Of a stretch of DNA of 64,000 bases, positions 41,737-52,900 are shown piece by piece. Location: NCBI GenBank assembly GCA_031362565.1, contig JANLSU010000106.1, positions 32,001-96,000 on the forward strand, written 5' to 3'. Each line of letters opens with the position of its first letter. Within the stretch, counting starts at the first letter, position 1. Both the position numbers and the translations under genes were made by a program. This DNA is from a bacterium. GTDB lineage: Bacteria; Krumholzibacteriota; Krumholzibacteriia; G020349025. The notes under the pieces are model-generated. The model saw nothing but the letters and a program-made list of their open reading frames with translations, searched no databases and was not told where the DNA came from.

Positions 41737-42171
41737 ATGCGGGGTGCTGAACCGGATCCACCGCGGCGTCGCCGTCGGCGCGCCGGGCGGCGCTCGGGCG
41801 CGGTGCTGCTCCTGATCGGCGGTCTCGGACTCGCGTGCCAGCCGCCACCGCGTTCGCAGTCATCGCCGGAACGAACCGCGAATGGCTTCGTGTTCCGTTA
41901 CCGGGCGCCTGCGGCACGCGTCGTTCAACTCGCCGGCAGCTGGGACGGCAATACCTTTCTACGCGGCAGCGAGTGGACGCGCGACACGCGTGTCGGTCAG
42001 ATGCAGGATCCGGATCACGATGGCGTGTGGGAAGCGTGGGTGCCGCTCGGACCGGGACGCTACGAATATGTGTTCTTGGTGGATGGCACGTTCTGGGAAG
42101 CCGATCCCACGAATCCGCAGCGTGTACCGGATGGCCAGGGTGGCACGCGGTCGCTTCTCGTCGTGCCGTAG
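41737..42171 (+). CDS. CBM48 glycogen-binding lipoprotein
   Basis: Arg-rich N-terminus, lipobox GLGLAC; FRYRAP.A..VQLAGSW, GVWE..VPL.PGRYEY.FLVDG..W..DPTNP. Confidence 0.8.
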   Translation: MRGAEPDPPRRRRRRAGRRSGAVLLLIGGLGLACQPPPRSQSSPERTANGFVFRYRAPAARVVQLAGSWDGNTFLRGSEWTRDTRVGQMQDPDHDGVWEAWVPLGPGRYEYVFLVDGTFWEADPTNPQRVPDGQGGTRSLLVVP

Positions 42172-42225
42172 AGGGCGGCCACAACACGTCTTTCCCGGGG
42201 CTCGGAAGGCTGGTACACTGCCCGC

Positions 42226-43347
42226 ATGGCAACTCGATCCCGCGTCGCGGTTCTTCGCACGACGCCCAAAACGATCCTGACCGACATCGACAAGCTCGCG
42301 GACCTCGCTGGGGTGCGCACGGCGCTCGCGCCTGCATCCACGACGATTCTCAAGGACAACATCTCGTGGCATTTCCCGTTCCCCGGCGCCAACACCACTC
42401 CCTGGCAGCTCGAGGGCACGATCCTGGCGTTACGCCAGGCGGGATTCGCCGACCAGGTCTGCGTTCAGAACAAGACCGTCGTCACCAATGCCTTCAAAGG
42501 TGAAGACCTCAACCACTACGTGCCGCTGTTCCGGAAGTACGAGATTCCGGTGCTTTACAACTTCCGCGACACCGACATGCAGTGGATCGACTACAAGCCA
42601 AAGGCCAAGATGCTCGTCCTCGACAAGATCTTTCCCGAGGGCATTCGCATTCCCGACTACTTCCCCGGCAAGAACATCGTCCATTTGCCGACCGTGAAGT
42701 GCCATATCTACACGACGACCACCGGCGCTATGAAGAACGCGTTCGGCGGCCTGCTGAGTACAAAACGCCACTACACGCACAGCTGGATTCATCAGACGCT
42801 CGTCGACCTGCTGGCGATTCAGAAGGAGATTCACTCCGGGCTGTTCGCGATCATGGACGGCACGACGGCCGGCAATGGCCCGGGGCCACGGACCATGTTT
42901 CCCGAGATCAAGAATGTCATGTTGGCGAGCGCCGACCAAGTCGCCATCGACGCGGTGGCCGCGACGATGATGGGCTTCGATCCGATGCGGCTCGACTTCA
43001 TTCGCCTGGCGCACGAAGCCGGACTCGGCGTCGGACGGCCGGAGGAAATCGAGATCGTCGGCCATCCCGATGCGGCCCAGGAGAACTGGCATTTCAGTGT
43101 CGGCGACAACGGCGCGAGCCGCGTCGGCGACTTCTTCTGGTTCGGGCCGATGAAATCGGTGCAGAACTTCTTCTTCCGAACGCCGCTTGTGCATGCCTTC
43201 ATTTTCGGTTCCGAGGCCTACCATGATCTGTATCGTTGGCCGGCCAAGGACCGTCACACGTTCGAGCGCTGGCGGCGTGACACCGAGTGGGGCCGGCTCT
43301 TCCACAAGTACGCCGCATCCGAGGCCGCGGTCGCGGGCCCGCCATGA
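42226..43347 (+). CDS. DUF362 domain protein
   Basis: ILKDNISW, HLPTVKCH...TTGAMKNAFG, MDGT.AGNGPGP, DQVAIDAV. Confidence 0.88.
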   Translation: MATRSRVAVLRTTPKTILTDIDKLADLAGVRTALAPASTTILKDNISWHFPFPGANTTPWQLEGTILALRQAGFADQVCVQNKTVVTNAFKGEDLNHYVPLFRKYEIPVLYNFRDTDMQWIDYKPKAKMLVLDKIFPEGIRIPDYFPGKNIVHLPTVKCHIYTTTTGAMKNAFGGLLSTKRHYTHSWIHQTLVDLLAIQKEIHSGLFAIMDGTTAGNGPGPRTMFPEIKNVMLASADQVAIDAVAATMMGFDPMRLDFIRLAHEAGLGVGRPEEIEIVGHPDAAQENWHFSVGDNGASRVGDFFWFGPMKSVQNFFFRTPLVHAFIFGSEAYHDLYRWPAKDRHTFERWRRDTEWGRLFHKYAASEAAVAGPP

Positions 43348-43490
43348 ACGCCCGCGTCTCCGGCCCGCTGATCGTCGCGGTCATCTTCTTCTGCCTGGCG
43401 TTCGGGCGCACCGGAGGCCAGCGCGGGGCTTTTATCGGCATTGCGGTGGTCTTCGTCGTTTTGGCGCTGCGGCGCCGCCGCAACGGTTGA
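43344..43490 (+). CDS. 48-aa two-helix membrane microprotein
   Basis: ATGA overlap with DUF362 stop; MNARVSGPLIVAVIFFCLAFG-RTGGQRG-AFIGIAVVFVVLAL-RRRRNG. Confidence 0.6.
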   Translation: MNARVSGPLIVAVIFFCLAFGRTGGQRGAFIGIAVVFVVLALRRRRNG

Positions 43491-43692
43491 TGCGGGCGGC
43501 GCGCCTGGGTTGCACCGGCGGCGCGCGATCCTTCGTACCGGGTCTTCGCCCGCGCTTCGCGCCGCCCTGCTGCGCCTTTTCCCCCGTTCGCGTTCCACTC
43601 CTAATTCCACTCCGCCGTGATCAATGCGGCGCGCTGTGGCGCCGGCGCCTGCGTCGCGTGACGTTCGTCCTCACTTCGACGTGTTCCTTCCA

Positions 43693-43708
43693 GGGCATGC
43701 TCTTTGCG
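43693..43708 (+). promoter_or_regulatory. Candidate sigma54 (-24/-12) promoter
   Basis: GGGCATG-CTCT-TTGCG: GG(43694-95)-N10-GC(43706-07), close to TGGCACG-N4-TTGC. Confidence 0.55.
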
Positions 43709-43904
43709 CGACGACCTGCACCGGGGCCCTTGGCCGCACCCTCGACGTGTGGCCGGGAAACCGGCGGGTCGTTCGCGCCCCGACGCTAAATCCCTGCGAC
43801 GCATGAACTGGGTCGAGCCACGCGTCGATGGCCGCCAGCAATCCCGGAATAGCGCATCGCACCTTCCGGGATTCGTGGTTGCGTCCCGCACAGGGAGTTC
43901 GCGA

Positions 43905-46900
43905 GTGTTGGATTTCTTGTCCCGCCGATGGTCGCTTTGGATCGTGGGTGCAGCCATCGTCCTGGCCGGACGGTCGGCCGGCGCCCAAGGCTTTTTGTCA
44001 CTGCGCATCGAGACCGCACCGGGCGGCAATGCACCGGATCTTGCGTCGACGACGCGCGTCGCGGGCGATTCGCTGCGGCTCTTCGCGGCGACTTACGATT
44101 TTCTGGGATTCTACGCCGGGCCGGCGGCCGTCGATTGGTCGATCATTCCCGGTGGCGCGACGCTCGACGCCACACAAGGGACGACAACGCTGGTGCAAAC
44201 GAGCCTCACCGGCCAATTCCACGTCCAAGCTGTCATGGACGGCACGACGGCCGACACCGGCAACATCACGGTCGTACCCGGACCCCCCTCAGGCCTGGCG
44301 GCTTTCGCATCGCCGGCGTTCGGCGCGCCTGCCATCACGTCGCTGGCTCTCTCGGCCGATTCAAGCCTCGTGCTCTACACTGGCAGCTACGACAAATTCT
44401 CGAACTGGACGGGACCGATCGACGTCGCTTGGTCGCTCGATGCGCCGATCGCCGCCGTCACGCCGTCGCATGCAACGCTCACCGTGCTCGACCCGCGGCG
44501 CACGGGGAACGGCCACCTGTGGCTCGATGCGCCGTCGTTGCCGCGCCTCGATCTGCCACTCGCGGTGACCCACGGCCGGATTGCGTCACTGCTCGTCTCC
44601 ACCACGCCGGGCGGTACGCCGCTCGCCGACACGACACTCGTCGCCGGCCAAACGCTGCATCTCGAGGCGCGCGCCGCCGACGCCGACGGCAACTCCGTGA
44701 CGCCATTCGCCGGCGCCACTTGGTCGGCGACCGGCACTGGACTCGCTCTCGGTGCCGTGAACGGCGTGCAAACGGACGCCCTCGCATCGCTTCCCGGCAG
44801 CGCGCGCATTGTGGCGACCGCCGGCGCCATCCAAACGAGTACGGGGATCATCCGCATCACCGCCGGCATCCTCGCACGCTTGCGCGTGTCGCGCGCTCCG
44901 GACACGTATGTCGCTGTCGATCCGGCGACCGTCGACGCCGATCAAAATTTCGAATTGTTCGCACTCGGTCAAGATGCCGCCGGCCATTGGCTCGGACCGG
45001 TGAGCGCGACGTGGACGAGCACGGACGCCGCCGTGTTGCACTCGCCGACGACGACCGGGCCGAGTGCGGTCGTCGATTGTGCGCGCATCGGCACCGCCCG
45101 CCTGCGTCTGACGGGCGCTGGACTCGCCCCCGACAGTACCGGCGCCGTGCAAGTCACGCCGGGCCGGTTCGCGCGCCTGACCATCGAATCACTCGGCGAC
45201 GGCACCGGCAGCGAGATGGGCGCCCTCGGCTTCTCGGCGGATTCCGTCATCGCCTTCCACGCCGTCGGACGCGACGCGGACGGCAATTTCGTCGGCGCAC
45301 GCAATGCTCTGTGGTCGCTCACCGGTCCCATCGGTTCGTTGTCCACGCCGCTGGGTCCGGACGTGGTACTCCTGGGCGAACATCCGGGCACCGCGCTTCT
45401 CACCGCCGTCGACGGCATCGAAACCGATGTTGCGGGCCCGATCACCGTCACCGCCGGCGCGCCGTATCGCCTGCGGGCCGAAGACAGTCTTGGCTTGGCG
45501 CTCGCGCCGCGCGCTCTCGCGCCGGGCGAAACGGCGAGCGCGGTCGCGATGACCCTCGATCGCGACGGCAACCAGCTGACTGCGGCGCCGGTGACTTGGG
45601 GCTGGCTCGGCGATGCGCTGGCGCTCCTGCCGGGCAGCGCCGCGCCGCAATACAACTGGACCGCGGGCCGGGTCGGCCAAGGCCGGCTCGTGCTGGCAGC
45701 TCCCGGCCTGATGGCCGACACGAGTGCGACGTTCACCGTCGTGGCGGGTTCACCCGCGAGGCTCGAAATGCGCGACGCATTGGGACTACCGGTGGGGGCG
45801 CGCACCTTGTCGTGCGATGCGCTTCTCGAACTGCATGCATGGGCTCTCGATGGAAGTGGCAACGAGCTCGGACAGGTGCCCGTCACATGGAGCGTGCTCG
45901 GCACGGCGGGCAGCGCCACCGTAGCACCGCTTGCAGGTTCGGCGACGGTATTGCGCCCGGTCACTCCAGGTGTCGTCCGTGTTGCGGCACTGCATGGCAG
46001 CGGGGTCCAAGCGCAGTCCGGCGATCTGACTCTCGTTCCCGGACAGATCACGCGCGTGACAATCGAGACCGCAGCCGACGGCAGCGGATCGCGCCTGGCG
46101 TCGCGCGGCCTCGCGGCCGGTGATCTGCTGCCGCTCTTCGCGGTCGGCCGCGACGGCCAGGGCAATTTCGTTGCGCCGGTGAATGCCAACTGGTTCGAGT
46201 CGGGCGGCATCGGCACCTTGAGCGTGACGCAAGGCACCGCCACGATTCTGCTCGCCGAGCACCGCGGCCGCGGCCGCGTGACGCTGACCGTGCCGCTCAT
46301 CGATGGCGACGAGACCGGCATTCTCGACGTCACACCCGGACCGGTGGCGGCACTTGGCATCGAACGTTCGCCGGCCGGTCCGGCCGACGCGCTCGGCACG
46401 GCGACGGTGAGTGTCGATGATTCGCTGATGGCCTTCGCAGTGGTGCGGGACGTGTTCGGGAATTGGATTGCCACGGTGCCGGCATTCTGGAGTGTGACCG
46501 GCCCGGCGGGCGCGGCGCAGATTTCCAGCCCCGGCCCGGCAACCGCAACCGTGCTACGGCCGCAGCATCCGGCGCAAGTGCAACTCACCGCGACGTGGAA
46601 CGGATTCGCGGCACTCTCCGGCCCGCTCGCCCTCGTCGTTGGACGCCTCGCCACGGTTGGCATCGAGACGGCGGCCGATGGCAGCGGCTTCGCGATCGGT
46701 AATCGCACCTTGGGCGCCGGTGAAGTGGTCGCGTTGTACGCCATCGGCCGTGACGCGCTCGGCAACTTGACCGGTGCGGTGACAGCGGCGTGGAGCGTCG
46801 TCGGCATCGGTGGAACGCTCGACACGGCGTGGCAGAGCGCGGCGCGTTTCACCGCCGACCGGCCCGGCCTGTGCCATGTGACGGCCGCCTACCCGGGGGT

Positions 46901-49900
46901 GGGTTTGGCGACGACCGGTGCATTGACGGTCACTGCCGGCACGCCCGCGTCACTCGTTCTCGAGCGGGCGCCCGGCGATCCATTCGACCCCTTCGACACC
47001 ACCGCACTCGCGGCCGGCGATTCCGTCGAGGCCTACGCGGTGCTGCGCGATGGACTTGGGAACTGGGTGGGCAATGTCGTCGCAACGTGGAGTGTTCTCG
47101 GGAGTCCCACGAGCGCGATCTTGAATCCGACCGCGGCGGGTGGCGTTGCGCTGCAGGCGCGCCATCCGGGAAGCGTGCGTTTGCAGGCGACGTGGAATGG
47201 CCGCGACGCGGTGAGCGGGACAATCGATCTCGGCGCCGGCGCGCCCGCCGGTACGTTTATGATGAGCTTGACGCCCAACACCCTACGGGCCGGTGGACCG
47301 TTGCCGGCGCTCGGCAACGGTGGCCCCGTCACGGACGCATGGGGCAATGACGTCGCCGACGGCACGCGCATCGATGTGCGTTTGACGGGCGCCACGGGTC
47401 TCGCCGGCGAGGATCTCGATCCGGTGCGTGCCGGCGTGCAGCGCCCGACGAGCGCCGGGCACTTCGTCTTCACGCTCGTGCCGGGCGCCCTTGCGGGCCC
47501 GGCGACCGTCGATGCAACGGCGGGGACGGCGGCCGGCCGAGCGGCGATTGCCTTGTTGCCGCCGATCGGCATCGGCGTGCTGGCGGGATCGTTCACGCCG
47601 ATCGAATGGTTGCGTGGCGCGCCGTTTGCAGCCCACTTGACGCTCGTGAATCCCGATGTGCTGGCGCTCGACCTCGCGACGGCAGAACTGCGGTTGGACG
47701 ACGGCAACGGTGGCGCGATTCAAACCTCACTCGCCGCGCCGGTCACGCTCCAGCCGGGCATGGCAACGGGTGTCGATTTTGTGTCGCTCGATACGCCCGG
47801 CGCGCTCCGCGCCGGACGTTACACGCCACGCTTGCACGTCACCGGCCAGGACCAGCTGGGGTCGCCGTTCGATCTCGAGATCGGCACCGCCGGTGCGACA
47901 CTCGATCTGGTGGATGGCGCCGTGACCCAGGTGACCGGCCATGCGCCGCTCCGCCTGACGCAGGGAACGCCGGTGCACTTCACCGTCGATGTTCTGAATA
48001 GCGGCGATGTTGCCGTGCAGCTCGATGCGGCGCGTTCGCTCCTGCAGGGCGGCGCGTTCGCGGCGGCGCTGGCCCCCGGGAGTGCCACGACGCTCGCCCG
48101 CGGCACTGTCACCCGGCTCGATTTCGTCACCACCATTTGGCCGCTTGGCGCGACGGTGGGGGATGTGCCGCTCGATCTCGAACTGCACGGCACCCAAACC
48201 GGCGGCGCCTTCGATGCGTCGGTGGCGAGCGGCACGGTGCGCGTCGATGCGACGGCGGCGTTGATCGCCGACAAGGGTGCACTGACGCCCGTCCTGGTGC
48301 CGCAAGGTGCGAGCCCGGCGCCGCGGATCACGGTGCAGAACGCTGGTGGCAGTGCCGTGACCCTGAATACCAACACGCAAGTGCAAATCGCCGGCCGCGC
48401 CGGTGGTCTGGTGACACCGGTTCGCGTCGGACCCGATTCCGCCGCGATCCTCGATTTCGCGCCAGTGGATCTCGGCGGCCTGCCGGCCGGACTGTACTCG
48501 GTGTGGTTGTCGGCACAGGGGACGCAGAATGGCGCCGCGTTCGCGCAAGATGTCGCCTTGGCCGACAGCCTCACGCTGTTTGCGCCGGCGGCGCTCACCA
48601 TCTTGGGGATTCAGCCGAGCCAGGCGACGGTCACGGCCGGGCAGACCGCGTCTTGGCTGCTGCGCGTCGTGCTGTCGAATAGCGGTGCGACAGCATACCG
48701 CATCGATGCAGCCGATGTGCACATCGTGTTGGGCGGCATCGACCGCACCGCGACCTACACGATGACGCACCAAAAACCCTTTACCAGCGCGTTGCCACCC
48801 GCAGCCCGGGATACGCTCGATTTCTTGGTGACACAAACCGGCCCCGATGCTGGACTCGCGACTCTCGAAGCCGCGGTGCAGGCAACCGATCTCACCACCG
48901 GACTGCCCGTCGAGGCCAACACGTTCACGGCTGGAAAGGGCAGTCTCCGGGTCCAGAACCCGGCGATCGCCGCGGCGGGCGTGTTGACCCTGTCGCAGCC
49001 GGCCGTCGTCGCCGGCCAAACAGCGCCCGTGGAAGTGACGCTCACGGTGCGCAACGCCGGTGAAGCGATCCTCGATCTCGATCCAGCGTCGCTCGCGGCG
49101 AGCTTTGTCACCGCGCCGGCGATCGCGGTCGTGCCGGCGAGTTACACCGGCGGGCCCGGGCTCGCAGCCGGTGAATCGATGCTGCTGCGCTGGACCTTGG
49201 GCCCTTTCACCGCCGCGCCCGGCAGTCTGCAGTTGACCGCGACCCCGCAATTCGTGGAACGGAATCGCGCCGCGTTGTTGACCTGCAGCGCGAGCACCAA
49301 CGTGCCGGTGCAAGGGCCGGCGGCGGTCGTTGTCAGCCAGGCCAATGCGCCGGCGAGCGTCACCGTGGCACAGGCGCAAGCTTGGACGGCGCGCTTCCAA
49401 CTCACGAACTCCGGCGGCAGTAGCGTGACGGTCGCGACACCGCGCCTCGTGTTTGCGGCGCCGGGCGCCGCGACGACGTTCGGGGTCACGCCACCGCTCA
49501 CCTTCGAAGACGGGCGGCCGTTGCAGCTCGCACCAGGTGCGCAGGGGACTCTCGCCTTCGTTATCAACCGAACCGATGCGACGGCGCGCCGGGTCACGAT
49601 CGGCGTCGCGTGTGACGCCGTCGAAGAACTCTCGGGACGCGCGTTGACGATCGCCAACGGTGCGACCGCGACCGTGAGCGTGCAAGCGCCACCCGCCGTG
49701 CAGTTGGTGGATGCATCCCTCGCGCCGGCGCGCGCCGCGGTGGGCCAGGTCGTGGGGTTCACGCTCGATGCCCAGAATACCGGTGAGTCGCGCTTGGATC
49801 TCGATGCAACCCAGTCTTGGGCCCGGCTCGTGGATGGCACGACGCTGCATTCGTTGATGGCGCCGGCAGTGCTCCCAGGCGGCGGGACGGCGACGCTGCG

Positions 49901-52900
49901 CTTCGCTGCGGCGGCACTCGATGGGGCTCCGGGCGCCGGGGCGCTGCGCCTGCACCTTGCCGGCACCGAGAACGGCAATGCGTGGAGCGCCGATCTCTCG
50001 ACCGGCGCCGTGCTGCGGCTCGATGCGGCCGCCCAACTCGAAATTACCGCCGTGCGCCCCTCCCGGCCACGCGTCACTCGCCGGCAAACTGTCGCTTGGA
50101 CGGTGCGGGCGGCGGTGCGCAATCATGGCGGCGATGCGGTGCTGGATGCCGCAACGCTCGGATTCACGCTCGGCGCGGCGGACGTCGCGACTGGGTTCAC
50201 GGTCACCGCTCCGGCCCACTTCGAATCCGGCACCACGCTCCTGGTTGCCGGTGCAGCTGACACCTTGCGCTTCGACGTGACGCGAACTCTGGACGCCATC
50301 GGTCTGGTCGCTCTGGACGCGACGCTCCACGCCCACGATGCCAATAGCGGCACGCCGCTCGTGGTGACGAGCGTCGGTCAGGCGCGTGGCAGCGTGCAGA
50401 TCGATGCCCCGGCAGAGCCGGTCATTGCCACCCTGCAAGCGAGTCAAGCGCTCGTGAGTGCCGGTCAACGATCCGCGTGGCGCGTGCAAGTCACGGTGCG
50501 CAATGACGGCGGGTCGCCGTGGCGCGCCGACTGGACACGCGCGGCGCTCGTGCTCGGTGCGGCGCCCGATGACAGCATTGCCTGTGGAGCACCGGCCGCA
50601 CCCCAACTGTTGGATGCCGGCGAGTCCGAAGGCGCGGTCTTCACGATTCACCGCACCGGCGCCGAACTCGGCGCCGTCGGACTCGTTGCAAGCCTGCCAG
50701 GTGTCCAGGAATCGGACGGCGCGGCGATTGCCGCTCTCCCGAATGCGCCGGTCACCATCGTCGTGCAGCGTCCTGCCGCGGCCAGGCTCGAAACCGCGAC
50801 GGCGCACACCCAGCGCCCCGGCACTGCCAACACCGGTCAAACCGTCCGCTTGGACATCACGGTTCGGAATAGCGGCGAAGCCGATCTGCGGCGTGTCGCC
50901 GTACAGGCGCACGCGGATGGTGCGACCCCGGCGGACAGCCTTCTCGTTGCGGCTGTACCGGGCGGTGGAAGTGTCACGTTGCACTCCCAAGTGCGCTTAC
51001 GTGACGATGCCGGACCGGCGGCGATTCAATTCACGGTCCTGGAAGCGTACGATGCCAACGATTCCTTGACGACGGCCGCCTTCGGTGCGACCACCGCGGC
51101 CCACCTCGACTTGCGCGCCGAAACGCCCGGCAGCTTGGCGCTGACCCTGGTTCCGAGTCAGGGGCGGGTGTCCGCCGGACAGGCGCGCGAGTGGTCGCTG
51201 GCCGTGCAGGTGGAAAATGTCGGCGAAGAACCGCTGGTGCTGCGCGCGCCGCGCCCGAGCGATATCGAGTTCCAGCGCAGCAACGTCCCGCAAAGCGACT
51301 ATGTCGTGTTGGCGCCCGCCGCTTTCGACGAAGGCGGCCTGACGCTCGCCGGCGCCGGCCAAGGGACGCTGCGCTATCGGATCACCCGCACCGGTGATGG
51401 CGGCGGCAGCATTGCGATCACGGCCACGGCGAGTGCGCTGCACGCCAACGATGCCACCGCCCCCGACATGGCAGCCACCGCTGCCGCGACGATCGCCGTC
51501 GATGCAGAACCCAGTTTGCGAATTCTCTCGACCGATACCCGGACCTGGCGCCGGGACCGCGGTTTCGACGACGACCGCGTCGATGCCGGGCAGGCCTTCG
51601 CGGTGCGCGTCGTCGTGGAAAATACCGGCGGCACCCAACTGGACAGCATCGGCGTCGATGTCGAGTCGCAGCGCGGCAATTCGCATCTCGATGGCCGGCG
51701 CTGGCTCGACACGCTCGCACCGGGACAGCGCGGCGAATTGGAGTTCGCGGTCGTCGGCGGCACTTGGTTGTCGCAGCCCGGCCTGCCGGAAGCTTTCACG
51801 GCGCACATCGCCGCCGCCCAGGATCTGAACACGGGCATCTCGGTTCTGCCCGGCGCGGCCGTCGACGCCACGACTTTCGCGTATATCGAGACACCCGCAC
51901 AGGTCGCGCTCACGGCCTGGATCGACGCTCCCGATGGCGCTCGCGACGGCGTTCTCTCGGCCGCCCAAGAGTTCATTCTCGCGGCGCGGCTCGACAACGA
52001 GGGCAGCGCGGATTTCTCGGCGTCCGGGCGTGTGGCGCTCGGGTTGCCGGCCGGATATGCCATCGTCGATGGCGATCCAGAGCAATTTGCCGACGCCGGC
52101 CAAGTGATCCGGTGGACGTTGCAGGCCGGAGCGGCGGCGCACGCGTTCAGCGATACCTTGGTCATTGCGCTGGCCGCCGTGCCGCTCGACGAGAATCGTG
52201 GCACCCCAGCGATCGTGCGGGTTGGCACGGCGACGGTCGCCGTCGCGGTGCGCGCCACCGGTGATCTGGCCGCCCTGCTGACGCGTGGCGGTGCGGCGGC
52301 GGGTGGCTCGATCTTCGTTTCAACGGGTCAGACGCTCGACCTCGATGTTGTCGTCCGCGGCGATGCCGACTTGATCGGCCGCGAAGCGGATCTGGTGTTG
52401 CCGGCCGGCTGGTCGCCGGCACCGGGGAGTCCGCCGAAACTCGATCTGCCACCGGGCGCCGAAGCGCGTACGACCGCAGCCGTGCAAGTCGGTCATGCGC
52501 CAGGCATGGCCCAAGTCATCCTGCATGCAACCGCCGTCGACCGGAACGACGAATCGCCGCGCGCCGCGCTGGATACCCTGCAATTGCAAGTCGTTCGCGC
52601 CGCACGGCTGGCGGTGGATGCGGCAATCGTCGCGCCCGACGAGGCGCGCGATGGGCGGCTCCTGCCGGGCCAAGCGTTTCAAGTCCGCGCCTGGGTGCGC
52701 AACCAGGGTGACGCGGCGGTCGTCGCGGCGCCGGGGAATACGTCCGGCGGCACGCTCCGCCTCATCGACGTGCCCGCGGGGTACGGCGTGCAGGCCGCCG
52801 AACAGCCGTACGTCCTGACCGGCCGTGAAGCGAGCATCACGTGGAATCTCACCGCGCCTCCGGTCGTGCGGCCGGGTGCGGAGACGATGCGGATCGTTTT

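Noticed and set aside
43740..43820. c-di-GMP-I riboswitch
   Set aside because: A GAAA hairpin is present, but the GGCAAAC/GACGCAAAG and receptor elements do not align convincingly
47727..50990. 1,087-aa minus-strand ORF and other long antisense ORFs (e.g. 32352-35027, 4296-6782, 15379-17175)
   Set aside because: Shadow frames of well-supported genes in GC-rich DNA; no motifs recognised
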